NCBI GenBank assembly: GCA_900316125.1
Contig: ONBO01000003.1
Span: 418 to 64,417 of the forward strand
Source: an uncultured Bacteroidales bacterium
Lineage (GTDB): Bacteria > Bacteroidota > Bacteroidia > Bacteroidales > Paludibacteraceae
Length of the DNA stretch: 64,000 nt
Reading direction: 5' to 3'
Shown here: positions 1 to 8,835 of the stretch, in pieces
Numbering within the stretch: position 1 is the first letter of the stretch
Layout: each line of letters opens with the position of its first letter
Program-made: the position numbers and the translations under genes
The notes under the pieces: generated by a model
The model's database searches: none
What the model was told of the DNA's origin: nothing
What the model saw: the letters and a program-made list of their open reading frames with translations, nothing else

Positions 1-521
1 CCTACTACCCATTCTGGCACAATTCACTTTCAGTACTGTCAAACTCACTTGAAACCTTGGCCACAAACTTTCCAGAAAAGAGAGTTCACATAGTGGAAAC
101 CGCCTATTACTACCAATACCCAAGTGACATTATTTATGATTTCTCAAACATCTGGCCATACACCCCGGAAGGCCAGTCAAAATTCATAAAAGACCTTATT
201 AATGAGCTAAAAAAACACACTAACGTAGATGCTCTATATTGGTGGTTCCCAGAGGAGAACGGGAACGGACCAGATAGTTCAGTGCTTACGGGATGGATAA
301 ACCGCGGATTCTGGAACAACTCCACACATACAGCATTGCCCGGTCTCTATGTTATGAAAGAGTTCCTTGACCGCAGCACAGACGCGGATGAGGCTCACAT
401 AGATGAAAACGTCACCACTCCTCCTGCCTACTTTGACCTTATGGGCAGAGAAGTTTCACAACCCACAGAAGGAATATACATAATGCACCAAGGCGCCAAG
501 ACAAGCAAAATTCTTAAATAA
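1..521 (+). CDS. GH53-like endo-beta-1,4-galactanase, C-terminal fragment (5' end outside window), ending in a T9SS C-terminal sorting domain
   Basis: The frame is open from nt 3 with no stop (YYPFWHNSLSVLSNSLETL precedes the listed ORF, whose first codon at 57 is TTG). The YPFWH and YWWFPEE motifs resemble GH53 barrel strands. The tail YFDLMGREV...GIYIMHQGAKTSKILK looks like a type A T9SS CTD. Confidence 0.55.
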   Translation, partial: YYPFWHNSLSVLSNSLETLATNFPEKRVHIVETAYYYQYPSDIIYDFSNIWPYTPEGQSKFIKDLINELKKHTNVDALYWWFPEENGNGPDSSVLTGWINRGFWNNSTHTALPGLYVMKEFLDRSTDADEAHIDENVTTPPAYFDLMGREVSQPTEGIYIMHQGAKTSKILK

Positions 522-525
522 GAGG

Positions 526-575
526 CAAAAAGAGAGCGGCTAAGACCAAATGTCAAAGCCGCTCTCTTATTTTTC
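526..575. terminator. Bidirectional intrinsic terminator between the convergent galactanase and rplT genes
   Basis: A perfect 10-bp stem, AGAGAGCGGC (531-540) / GCCGCTCTCT (558-567), is flanked by an A-run on the left and a T-run on the right. Confidence 0.7.
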
Positions 576-589
576 AGTTATATACTAAC

Positions 590-934
590 TTACTTTACCT
601 TAGCAACTATAGCTTGGAATGCTTGTGGCTCATTCATTGCAAGCTCTGCAAGAGCCTTGCGGTTGATATCAATACCAGCCTTGTGAAGAGCACCCATAAG
701 CTTAGAGTATGACATACCCTCTATGCGTGCAGCAGCATTGATACGCTGAATCCAAAGTGCACGGAAGTTACGCTTTTTAGCTTTTCTGTCACGATAAGCA
801 TACTGAAGACCCTTCTCCCATGTGTTTTTGGCAACTGTCCAAACATTCTTTCTGGCTCCGTAGTAGCCACGAGTAAGTTTTAAAACTTTCTTTCTTCTTG
901 CTCTTGAAGCAACGTGATTTACTGATCTTGGCAT
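590..934 (-). CDS. rplT: 50S ribosomal protein L20
   Basis: 114 aa. [30 protein letters not shown] is the canonical bL20 N-terminus. It lies downstream of rpmI and infC. Confidence 0.97.
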   Translation of the reverse strand: MPRSVNHVASRARRKKVLKLTRGYYGARKNVWTVAKNTWEKGLQYAYRDRKAKKRNFRALWIQRINAAARIEGMSYSKLMGALHKAGIDINRKALAELAMNEPQAFQAIVAKVK

Positions 935-1003
935 TTTCTTTAATTTTTGATTGTCAGCGTTATCTGTTTAGATAAACTTTAAGGCTGAACATTCGGTTAA
1001 TAA

Positions 1004-1201
1004 CTATTTAAGACCCAACAACAATTTTACATTTGACTTATCTGCTTTGTCAACCAGACCTGCGTAAGTAAGGTTACGTTTCTGTTTGGTTGTCTTCTTA
1101 GTCAGAATATGACTCTTGTAAGCGTGTTTTCTCTTGATTTTCCCTGACCCGGTAAGGCTGAACCTTTTTTTGGCACCGGAATTAGTTTTCATTTTTGGCA
1201 T
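1004..1201 (-). CDS. rpmI: 50S ribosomal protein L35
   Basis: 65 aa. [14 protein letters not shown]...[14 protein letters not shown] is typical bL35. It sits in the conserved infC-rpmI-rplT order. Confidence 0.96.
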   Translation of the reverse strand: MPKMKTNSGAKKRFSLTGSGKIKRKHAYKSHILTKKTTKQKRNLTYAGLVDKADKSNVKLLLGLK

Positions 1202-1230
1202 TGTCTTAAAATATTTAATTAATAAAAAAG

Positions 1231-1791
1231 TTACTTTTTCTTTTTTGGAGACATCAGTATGGTCATTCTTTTGCCCTCAAGAACAGGCATTTGATCAACT
1301 TTACCATACTCCTCCAAATCATTTGCAAATCTCAGAAGCAAAACCTCACCCTGCTCTTTGAACATAATTGAACGACCCTTGAAGAACACGTAAGCTTTAA
1401 GCTTAGACCCCTCAGTAAGGAAGTTCTGGGCGTGTTTGAGCTTGAAGTTATAGTCATGGTCATCAGTCTGAGGTCCGAACCTAATCTCCTTAACTACAAC
1501 CTTAGCCGCCTTCTGTTTCTGCTCCTTCTCCTTTTTCTTGAGCTGGTACAGGAACTTAGAGTAATCTATAACCTTACAAACCGGAGGAACCGCCGATGGT
1601 GAGATTTCAACCAAATCAAGTTCCTGCTCATCCGCAATTCTTATTGCGTCTTTAATATTGTAGATACCGGGTTCTACATTGTCACCAACTAAACGGACTT
1701 CATTCACACCTCTTATATATTCATTAATACGGTGTGGGTTCTCTTTTACCGGCCGTTTATTGCCACTTCTCGGTACAAAAGTTTGTGCTAT
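1231..1791 (-). CDS. infC: Translation initiation factor IF-3, apparently starting at an ATA codon
   Basis: The listed ORF (to 1707) begins at an internal GTG. The same frame stays open upstream and encodes [28 protein letters not shown], an IF-3-like N-terminus. An in-frame TAA lies two codons upstream of ATA (1789-1791), and no ATG/GTG/TTG occurs in between. Confidence 0.85.
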   Translation of the reverse strand: MAQTFVPRSGNKRPVKENPHRINEYIRGVNEVRLVGDNVEPGIYNIKDAIRIADEQELDLVEISPSAVPPVCKVIDYSKFLYQLKKKEKEQKQKAAKVVVKEIRFGPQTDDHDYNFKLKHAQNFLTEGSKLKAYVFFKGRSIMFKEQGEVLLLRFANDLEEYGKVDQMPVLEGKRMTILMSPKKKK

Positions 1792-1862
1792 AGGTTACGC
1801 CCTCCAAGCGTTTAATTAATTGATTTTTAAAAAATAAAAATGCTGCTTCAAAAATAAGCGTG

Positions 1863-1870
1863 CAAATATA
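1863..1870 (-). promoter_or_regulatory. Bacteroides-type -7 box (TATATTTG) for infC-rpmI-rplT
   Basis: The reverse complement of caaatata matches TAnnTTTG, about 70 nt upstream of the ATA start. Confidence 0.4.
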
Positions 1871-1911
1871 CAACTTATTCTTGAAACAGCAAAAAGAAAT
1901 TTCAACTTTTA

Positions 1912-2364
1912 TTAGTCGTACTCAAATTCAGTTATCTGACCATTGGCGTTTATCTCCACCTCTGTTCTGTCAGTGAACTTGATTTTGTACTCATAGCCGT
2001 TGTTCTCCATCTTGTAGATTTTCTTGTCACCAAAACGGCTGTCAAGAGTCTCTTGAACAATATCAGGGAGAATCATGCGAGGCATGTTACCGCCTCTTGT
2101 AAGCCAAATCTCATCCCAGCCGCCAAGCATGTCAAACTCAACTATAATACCACCCTTAAGGTAAGCCTTGTACTCAGACACACCGTCATCAAACTTTTGT
2201 GTGGTATTCTTTACAGGGTTGGCTGCAAAATACTGGGTAAGGAACTGCTGAGCCTGCTCTGGGAGCTGGCTATAAGGAATTTTAAGCTCCGGATCTCTTG
2301 CAAGTGCAACCACTGACATAAGAGCGGCAGCAACTAAAATAGCAATCTTTTTCATCTCTTTCAA
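1912..2364 (-). CDS. PepSY-like (putative beta-lactamase-inhibitor-like) exported protein
   Basis: 150 aa with a signal peptide (MKEMKKIAILVAAALMSVVALA). It has two repeats of the LP..A..FL...F pattern followed by Y(K/E)..L..G..(V/I)EFD..G.W. Confidence 0.55.
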   Translation of the reverse strand: MKEMKKIAILVAAALMSVVALARDPELKIPYSQLPEQAQQFLTQYFAANPVKNTTQKFDDGVSEYKAYLKGGIIVEFDMLGGWDEIWLTRGGNMPRMILPDIVQETLDSRFGDKKIYKMENNGYEYKIKFTDRTEVEINANGQITEFEYD

Positions 2365-2406
2365 AATTAGTTTAACGTTCTTTTGACTGTATAAAAATTA
2401 AAAAGT

Positions 2407-4356
2407 TTATTTAATAAAGCTTTTTGTCATCTGGTCAACCTCAGTGTTAATCATCTTGGCAAAATCAGATACGCTCATAGAGCCTTTGTCTCCCTCACCT
2501 TGACGACGTACAGACACAGCGCCCTCCTGCTCTTCCTTTTCACCCACAATAATCATGTAAGGTATGCGCTTCAGCTCATTATCACGTATCTTGCGGCCAA
2601 TCTTCTCATTGCGGTCATCCACAATAACACGCACATCCTCCATTTCAAGCTGTTCAGCCACCTTGCTGGCGTAATCATTAAAACGCTCACTGATAGGCAG
2701 GATAGCCACCTGGTCTGGTGTAAGCCAGAGAGGGAACTTACCGCCGGTATGCTCAATAAGCACAGCCACAAAACGCTCCATAGAGCCAAATGGTGCACGG
2801 TGAATCATAACAGGACGGTGTTTTTGATTATCCTCACCTACATACTCCAGTCCAAAACGCTCAGGCAGGTTATAATCAACCTGAATGGTGCCAAGTTGCC
2901 AGCGGCGACCAATGGCATCCTTAACCATAAAGTCAAGTTTTGGCCCGTAGAATGCAGCCTCGCCAGTCTCAACACGGGCTGGCAGCCCTCTCAGTTTGCA
3001 AGCCTCCACTATAGCGCTTTCAGCCTTCTCCCAAACATCATCAGAACCAATATATTTGCTCTTATTATTAGGGTCACGCAATGAAATCTGAGCCTCAAAG
3101 TTCTTGAAATCAAGGGCGTTGAATATAATGGATATAATATCCATCACCTTAAGGAACTCGTCGAGCAGCTGGTCTGGGCGGCAGAAAATGTGCGCATCGT
3201 CCTGAGTAAAGCTACGTACACGTGTAAGTCCGTGAAGCTCACCACTCTGCTCATAACGGTAAACAGTGCCAAACTCCGCACAGCGGAACGGCAGATCCTT
3301 GTATGAACGAGGTTTGAACTTATATATTTCACAGTGATGAGGGCAGTTCATAGGTTTAAGCAAATACTCCTCACCCTCCTCTGGTGTATGTATTGGCTGG
3401 AAAGAATCCTTACCATACTTAGCATAGTGACCCGATGTTACATATAGCACTTTATTACCTATATGAGGAGTCATTACCTGCTGATATCCAAAACGCTTCT
3501 GAATCTTCTTCAGGAAGTCCTCAAGACGCAGACGCAGCGCAGTTCCCTTTGGCAACCATAGAGGCAATCCCTTACCCACAGTGTCAGAGAATGTAAAGAG
3601 TTCAAGCTCCTTGCCTATCTTACGGTGGTCACGTTTCTTAGCCTCCTCCATAAGTGTCACATAGTCATCAAGCATCTTTTTCTTAGGGAAGGATATGCCG
3701 TAAAGACGTGTAAGCTGCTTACGCTTCTCATCGCCGCGCCAATACGCGCCAGCCACACTTGTAACCTTGAATGCCTTGATTATACCTGTATTAACAAGGT
3801 GAGGTCCTTTACAAAGGTCAAAGAAACCACCCTGCCTGTATATTGTGATATTACCATCCTGAAGGTCATTGATAAGCTCCAATTTATAATTCTCGCCACG
3901 CTCAGCAAACATCTTCTGAGCATCTGCCTTGCTAACCTCCTCACGTACAAGATTTGCCTTACGGCCTACAATCTCCATAAACTTTGCCTCAATGGCAGGG
4001 AAGTCAGACTCCTTGATAACAACGCCGTCACCCGGGTCCACATCGTAGTAAAATCCATTCTCAATAGCCGGGCCTATACCAAACTGGATACCTGGATAGA
4101 GTTCCTGCAAAGCCTCAGCCATAACGTGAGCTGAAGTGTGCCAGAAGGCGTGCTTGCCATCTTCATCATCCCACTTCAGCAGGTTTATTGTAGCATCTGC
4201 TGTTATAGGGCGGTTAGCCTCAATTACTTTGTCATCAACTTTTGCGGCAATAATGTCAGCAGCCAGACGAGGGCTGATGCTCTCCGCAATTTGAAGTGCT
4301 GTTACGCCACTCTCATACTGGCGTACACTTCCATCTGGAAATGTTATGTTTATCAT
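2407..4356 (-). CDS. thrS: Threonine--tRNA ligase
   Basis: 649 aa counted from the internal ATG at 4356 ([13 protein letters not shown] domain start). It has the class II motifs ([11 protein letters not shown], anticodon-binding C-terminus). The upstream 25 codons of the listed ORF overlap the promoter. Confidence 0.95.
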   Translation of the reverse strand: MINITFPDGSVRQYESGVTALQIAESISPRLAADIIAAKVDDKVIEANRPITADATINLLKWDDEDGKHAFWHTSAHVMAEALQELYPGIQFGIGPAIENGFYYDVDPGDGVVIKESDFPAIEAKFMEIVGRKANLVREEVSKADAQKMFAERGENYKLELINDLQDGNITIYRQGGFFDLCKGPHLVNTGIIKAFKVTSVAGAYWRGDEKRKQLTRLYGISFPKKKMLDDYVTLMEEAKKRDHRKIGKELELFTFSDTVGKGLPLWLPKGTALRLRLEDFLKKIQKRFGYQQVMTPHIGNKVLYVTSGHYAKYGKDSFQPIHTPEEGEEYLLKPMNCPHHCEIYKFKPRSYKDLPFRCAEFGTVYRYEQSGELHGLTRVRSFTQDDAHIFCRPDQLLDEFLKVMDIISIIFNALDFKNFEAQISLRDPNNKSKYIGSDDVWEKAESAIVEACKLRGLPARVETGEAAFYGPKLDFMVKDAIGRRWQLGTIQVDYNLPERFGLEYVGEDNQKHRPVMIHRAPFGSMERFVAVLIEHTGGKFPLWLTPDQVAILPISERFNDYASKVAEQLEMEDVRVIVDDRNEKIGRKIRDNELKRIPYMIIVGEKEEQEGAVSVRRQGEGDKGSMSVSDFAKMINTEVDQMTKSFIK

Positions 4357-4402
4357 AGTTTTACTTTTTAAACGGGTGATACAAGGCCCGTATTGTTTTG
4401 AA

Positions 4403-4466
4403 GGTGCAAAGATACGAATAAGCGAGAGCAAATCAAAATAAATTTTTGATTTGCATAAATGATGAG
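4403..4466 (-). repeat. 64-nt promoter-associated repeat, copy A (contains the thrS -7 box and an 11-bp inverted repeat)
   Basis: 60 of 64 nt are identical to 40206-40269. The TATCTTTG -7 box is at 4407-4414. The inverted repeat is GCAAATCAAAA (4428-4438) / TTTTGATTTGC (4444-4454). Confidence 0.8.
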
Positions 4467-4471
4467 TATTT

Positions 4472-5113
4472 TCACGAGCGAATGCGAGTAAAATTACAAA
4501 CCTGTTTCAAACCACACTCCTCACACTTGGGATTGCGGGCGGTGCAGGTGTAGCGTCCAAAGAGAAGAAACCAATGATGGGCTTTTGAAAGTATCTCCGC
4601 AGGAATATTTTTTGTGAGCACTGCCTCCACCTTGGCAGGAGTGTCCTCTTTCTCTGTAACCAGCCCAAGGCGATGTGAGACTCTGAACACATGTGTATCA
4701 ACAGGCATGGCAGGTTTGCCAAACGCCACCGCCATAACCACATTAGCGGTCTTGCGCCCCACTCCGGGCAGTTGGGTCAGCTCCTCCATGGTCTGCGGCA
4801 CTACCCCGCCAAACTTCTCCACAAGCGTCTGGGCAAGCCCTTTCAGGTGAGCTGCCTTACTATTTGGGTAGGAAATCTCCTTAATATATTGGAATATTTC
4901 TGCATCGGTGGCACGGCTCATAGCCTCAGCATCAGGATATGCGGCAAAAAGCGCCGGAGTGTTCTTGTTCACACGCTTGTCAGTACACTGGGCAGACAGC
5001 ACCACCGCCACTATCAGTTCAAAAGGGTTCCTGAACCGAAGTTCGCTCTCCGCATCGGGAAGCCGCGCCGCCAGCTCCTTCAACACAATACTATAGCGCT
5101 CTTCTGTAGTCAT
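4472..5113 (-). CDS. nth: Endonuclease III (DNA glycosylase/AP lyase)
   Basis: 213 aa. It has the HhH-GPD motif [12 protein letters not shown] and a C-terminal 4Fe-4S Cys cluster ([17 protein letters not shown]). Confidence 0.92.
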   Translation of the reverse strand: MTTEERYSIVLKELAARLPDAESELRFRNPFELIVAVVLSAQCTDKRVNKNTPALFAAYPDAEAMSRATDAEIFQYIKEISYPNSKAAHLKGLAQTLVEKFGGVVPQTMEELTQLPGVGRKTANVVMAVAFGKPAMPVDTHVFRVSHRLGLVTEKEDTPAKVEAVLTKNIPAEILSKAHHWFLLFGRYTCTARNPKCEECGLKQVCNFTRIRS

Positions 5114-5194
5114 TATTAATTTTTATTGATTTTTTACCTCTTAATGTTGGTATTGCTTTAATTGCTGTTGCCATACTGATATGATTTGATACTG

Positions 5195-5202
5195 CAAAGA
5201 TA
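5195..5202 (-). promoter_or_regulatory. -7 box (TATCTTTG) upstream of nth
   Basis: The reverse complement of caaagata matches TAnnTTTG, about 82 nt upstream of the nth ATG. Confidence 0.35.
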
Positions 5203-5378
5203 GAATACAAATTTTTCCCGTGCAACACCATTAAAAGGCTTTAACGCAAAAACAAAATCTACTATACAAATCCGTTTTGCTATATGACGCCACACACAGA
5301 TAAGCAAAAAAATAGCTTATTTTCAGCGGAAATACTATAAAAACCACAAATTTCCGCTGGTTATAAGGCAAAAATTAC

Positions 5379-5386
5379 TATATTTG
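5379..5386 (+). promoter_or_regulatory. -7 box (TATATTTG) upstream of the ATPase gene
   Basis: It matches TAnnTTTG, 31 nt upstream of the ATG at 5417. Confidence 0.45.
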
Positions 5387-5416
5387 TAGCGGATTTAATA
5401 TAAAACCATAGAGTTT

Positions 5417-6850
5417 ATGATAATAGGACGAGAAAAAGAGCAGCATGAACTGTTGAGCCTACTTGAGAAGGAAGAATCTCAGTTTTGCGCCGTATATGGC
5501 AGGAGACGCGTAGGTAAAACATATCTCATTAGAGAAACATTCAACTATCATTTTTGTTTTCAACACACAGGGGTGGCAAAGGGGACGCTGCGCCAGCAAC
5601 TGACAGCATTCAGGAACTCTCTGACCGCAGCTGGAATGAAATGTGCGATACCAAACTCATGGATTGACGCATTTGAGTTGTTAAAGGAACATATCAACAA
5701 CTCTCCTGCAGGTAAAAAAGTTCTATTTATAGATGAACTGCCATGGATGGATACTCCGAAGGGTAACCTGATAGGAGCCTTGGAAAACTTCTGGAACGGA
5801 TGGGCTACGGCACGCAAGGAGAAGGATATAATTCTCATTGTTTGCGGCAGCGCAACATCTTGGATTAGCAAGAAACTATTGAAGGATAAAGGCGGACTCC
5901 GTGGACGACTGACCAACAGAATAAAGTTAGCCCCCTTTACACTACGTGAATGTGAGCTATTTGCTAAAAATGCAAATCTCGCCCTTGAGAGAAAAGATGT
6001 GCTGGAACTATATATGATACTCGGAGGAATACCCTATTACTGGAGTTTCTTAAGAAGAGGGCTTAGCGTGGCACAGAACATAGACCAACTGTTCTTTACA
6101 GAAACAGCCCAACTACGTGATGAATTTGACGCCCTCTATTCAGTACTGTTCAAACGTCCCGAGAATTACCTCAAAATCATTGAATGTCTTAGTGACGGCA
6201 AACAGTCCGGAATGACCAGAGATGAGCTGCTCACTAAAAGCAAACTCTCAGACGGAGGTACTTTCTCCACCGTATTGGAAGAACTGGAGGAATGTGGATT
6301 CATTCGTAAATTTACGTCTGCTGACACAGCAAAGATTAACGCGATATATCAGTTGATTGACAATTACACCCTATTTCACTATCTGTGCATCAAAAAGAAC
6401 GCTTTCAGCGATGAGCATTACTGGTCAAACACAATAACATCCACAATGCACAACACATGGAAGGGGCTTGCTTTTGAGCGTGTATGCCTGCAACACATAC
6501 GCCAAATAAAAGCAACCCTCGGTATTTCTGGTGTGCAGACAAATGTCTGTTCATGGTTCACTCGTGGCACGGCAGAGATACACGGTGCACAAATTGACTT
6601 AGTGATTCAACGTGCTGACGGATGTACAGATATTTGTGAAATGAAGCACTCTGCAAATGCGTTTACCATAGACAAAGATTACTCATACAAGTTACAAAAC
6701 AAGATTTATGCATACAAAGAGCTGTCAAAAGACAAGAACACCGTTCATCTTGTAATGGTAACTACAAACGGAGTTGTCCATAACAGTTATTATAACCTCA
6801 TACAGAATGAGGTCACTATGGATGACCTGTTTGACAAAAAAAGTGGCTAA
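5417..6850 (+). CDS. AAA-type ATP-binding protein (archaeal-ATPase/DUF234-like)
   Basis: 477 aa. It has a Walker A motif (GRRRVGKTYL) and a Walker B-like motif (VLFIDELPWM). The C-terminal part is wHTH-like and nuclease-like. Confidence 0.6.
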   Translation: MIIGREKEQHELLSLLEKEESQFCAVYGRRRVGKTYLIRETFNYHFCFQHTGVAKGTLRQQLTAFRNSLTAAGMKCAIPNSWIDAFELLKEHINNSPAGKKVLFIDELPWMDTPKGNLIGALENFWNGWATARKEKDIILIVCGSATSWISKKLLKDKGGLRGRLTNRIKLAPFTLRECELFAKNANLALERKDVLELYMILGGIPYYWSFLRRGLSVAQNIDQLFFTETAQLRDEFDALYSVLFKRPENYLKIIECLSDGKQSGMTRDELLTKSKLSDGGTFSTVLEELEECGFIRKFTSADTAKINAIYQLIDNYTLFHYLCIKKNAFSDEHYWSNTITSTMHNTWKGLAFERVCLQHIRQIKATLGISGVQTNVCSWFTRGTAEIHGAQIDLVIQRADGCTDICEMKHSANAFTIDKDYSYKLQNKIYAYKELSKDKNTVHLVMVTTNGVVHNSYYNLIQNEVTMDDLFDKKSG

Positions 6851-6867
6851 AAAATAATTTTAGCCAC
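6843..6867. terminator. Hairpin shared by the convergent ATPase and LRR genes
   Basis: A 10-bp stem, GTGGCTAAAA (6843-6852) / TTTTAGCCAC (6858-6867), overlaps the ATPase stop codon. A T-run follows on the minus strand. Confidence 0.5.
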
Positions 6868-6897
6868 CCTCAATGCAAATTTATCTTACTACAGATA

Positions 6898-8439
6898 CTA
6901 CTTAACCATAACCTTCACAGCCTCATCACCTACTTTTACTACATACACACCCGATGCAGGCACTGGGTTACCAACTGGCAGACCTGCTGTGTTGTACACT
7001 CTTATATCTGATGGATCTTTCCCATTAACAGTAATCAACTTCTCACTTATAGAGATTGCATCCTTTATATTCTCTGAGGTGCTTTCATTTACATTCACCA
7101 GATCTTCTATGCATTTAAAATTAGAGGAATCAAAATAGTTCCAACCATCCGCTATCATATAATCAACAAGACTGGCACAAGGCACATAAACTTCAACATC
7201 ACTGCCCACATTTACAAACACATCGTTCGATGTTATAGTCGGAGGCACATCGGCACGACAAATAATTCGTTTAAGACTTATACAACCAAAGAAGGCTTCT
7301 TCGTTAATATTTGTAACACTACTTGGCAGATCTACGTTAAGCAACAAAAAACAATACATAAAGGTCTGAGATTCAACAGTTGAGACCCCATTGGGAATTA
7401 TCACATTAGTTAAATTGGTATTTCTAAAAGCACCACTTCCTATAGCTGTAATACAGTCAGGAATAATTATATTCGAAAGTTTAGAACATATATCAAAAGC
7501 ATAATCGCCTATTGACTTCACCGTATTGGGAATTTCTATTGATGTTAGTCCACTCCTGCTAAACGCAGCAGGCCCAATAGATTTAATGCCCATAGGGATT
7601 GTTGTATTTTTACAACCTGACACTAATGACAGGTTTGATTTTTTTATTATAGCATTACAATTATCTCTAGAATCATAAATAATGTTATTTGGATCAACGC
7701 TTATCGATGTTAATCCAGAGCACGCAAATGCTCCTTGACCTATCTCTACAATATTTTCAGAAATGTTTATTGAAGACAATCGTGACCCTCTAAATGCTGA
7801 TACGCCAATAGAAGTAACACTATTAGGGACTGTTACTGTTTCCAACTTTTCGCAACACCAAAAAGCACTATCCCCAATACTTGTAACCCCTTCAGGAATC
7901 TCTACAGTTGTCAACTCATAACAATTACCAATCGCATGTTTTCCTATTGACTTTACACTATTGGGTATTTTCACAGATGGTATGTTAAAACAGTCACTGA
8001 AAGCGTAATCATTTATTTTTTCTACTCCTTGTGGAATTTCTATTGGGCTTAACAAATCACAGCATTTAAAAAAGGCACTATCTCCAATTGAAGTTACACT
8101 ACTGGGAATATTTAAAGATTTAACATTGTAGCATGACGCAAACGCAGAATTACCTATCGATGTTATACCATTACTTATTGTAACCTTTGTTATGCCTTCT
8201 CTACCCTTACATGCATTATCACCAATGGTCTTAACACCGTATGTTTTACCATCGTAGTTTACAACAACTGGGATTGTAACCTCACCCTCATAATCTTTGC
8301 CCTTGACCGACACTATTGTGGCATACTTGCCATCCTCTGATGAATAGCCAATGCCATCAACCTCAAAATTTGTCACAGCGGCAACATCAAATGAAACCGC
8401 CAATAACACGCACACAAAAAAAGGTCTAAATCTTTTCAT
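6898..8439 (-). CDS. BspA-like leucine-rich-repeat surface protein with T9SS C-terminal sorting domain
   Basis: 513 aa with a signal peptide. It has about 14 repeats of the (I/V)P..V..IG..AF..C..L pattern. The tail VYNTAGLPVG...GVYVVKVGDEAVKVMVK is CTD-like. Confidence 0.8.
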   Translation of the reverse strand: MKRFRPFFVCVLLAVSFDVAAVTNFEVDGIGYSSEDGKYATIVSVKGKDYEGEVTIPVVVNYDGKTYGVKTIGDNACKGREGITKVTISNGITSIGNSAFASCYNVKSLNIPSSVTSIGDSAFFKCCDLLSPIEIPQGVEKINDYAFSDCFNIPSVKIPNSVKSIGKHAIGNCYELTTVEIPEGVTSIGDSAFWCCEKLETVTVPNSVTSIGVSAFRGSRLSSINISENIVEIGQGAFACSGLTSISVDPNNIIYDSRDNCNAIIKKSNLSLVSGCKNTTIPMGIKSIGPAAFSRSGLTSIEIPNTVKSIGDYAFDICSKLSNIIIPDCITAIGSGAFRNTNLTNVIIPNGVSTVESQTFMYCFLLLNVDLPSSVTNINEEAFFGCISLKRIICRADVPPTITSNDVFVNVGSDVEVYVPCASLVDYMIADGWNYFDSSNFKCIEDLVNVNESTSENIKDAISISEKLITVNGKDPSDIRVYNTAGLPVGNPVPASGVYVVKVGDEAVKVMVK

Positions 8440-8493
8440 AATTAATTGATAATTAAATTAAAACATTGTAATTAAAGCGAATAAAATTGACAC

Positions 8494-8722
8494 AAAAAAA
8501 GGCGAGACCTCAAAGTTCACTCTATCCATCTTGAGGTTCTAGCAAAACCTTACACTGAATAAAGCAACATGAAGCCTACGCCGTATGTAAAGCCCATGGC
8601 AAAAAGCCACAGGCACAATTACATACCCGTAGGCATTCATTGTCGCAACTATCCGTCAGTGTATTGAAAATTTGCTAGATTCCAAGATGCCGGACTGCGC
8701 GTCAACAAACGCCTAATATGTC
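8494..8722 (-). ncRNA. Candidate ~225-nt structured sRNA (rod-like imperfect hairpin with its own promoter and intrinsic terminator); identity unknown, possibly a 6S-like architecture
   Basis: A TACTTTTG -7 box sits at 8728-8735 (minus), with TTTG 19 nt upstream. About 59 bp of nested pairing spans 8527-8689, with a UUUUU apical loop. Several G-U pairs form only on the minus strand. A terminator-like stem, CCTCAAG/TTTGAGG, is followed by seven T (8494-8500). Confidence 0.5.
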
Positions 8723-8771
8723 GTGTACAAAAGTATGAAAAAAAATCCAACAAACAAAGGCCTCACCCCTT

Positions 8772-8803
8772 TTTGTATTTCATACTAATTTTTATTACTT
8801 TTG
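8772..8803 (+). promoter_or_regulatory. trp operon promoter (-33 TTTG / -7 TACTTTTG)
   Basis: TTTG is at 8772-8775. After a 20-nt spacer, TACTTTTG is at 8796-8803. The trpB ATG is at 8836. Confidence 0.5.
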
Positions 8804-8835
8804 CGGGTCAAAAATAATAAACTCATCTTAATTCA

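Noticed and set aside
2500-3084. A 194-aa plus-strand ORF, with neighbouring ORFs at 2571-2798, 3144-3332, 3625-4134 and 4138-4371.
   Set aside because: All lie wholly inside thrS, either antisense or out of frame. Their composition is low-complexity and they have no start-site context. These are shadow ORFs of a strongly supported gene.
4357-4431. N-terminal extensions in the ORF track: thrS to 4431, tetR to 38388, the 3105-aa ORF to 31607, gene 6 to 46110, the AAA/PD-(D/E)XK gene to 59795, the hydrolase to 61751 and the hypothetical gene to 63184.
   Set aside because: In each case an internal ATG gives the expected N-terminus or signal peptide. The extension also overlaps a promoter element or the neighbouring gene.
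5325-5397. An inverted repeat, AGCGGAAAT (5325-5333) / ATTTCCGCT (5350-5358), plus a third half-site AGCGGATTT (5389-5397) around the ATPase gene promoter.
   Set aside because: The repeat is real, but it is short and occurs once in the window. I cannot separate an operator from chance, so I make no functional claim.
8494-8722. The structured RNA considered as RNase P RNA, tmRNA or SRP RNA.
   Set aside because: It has AGTCCGGC, but it lacks the GAGGAAAGTCC...ACAGAA-type RNase P core and is too short. It has no tRNA-like 3' end (..TTCGA..CCA) or tag ORF for tmRNA. It has no GGAA/AGCA SRP domain IV motif. Its identity stays open.
8735-8788. A 17-aa ORF (MKKNPTNKGLTPFCISY) upstream of trpB, and a 6-aa ORF at 8718-8738, considered as trp leader peptides.
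   Set aside because: Neither has a Trp codon. Both lie upstream of or across the predicted trp promoter and overlap the divergent sRNA promoter.
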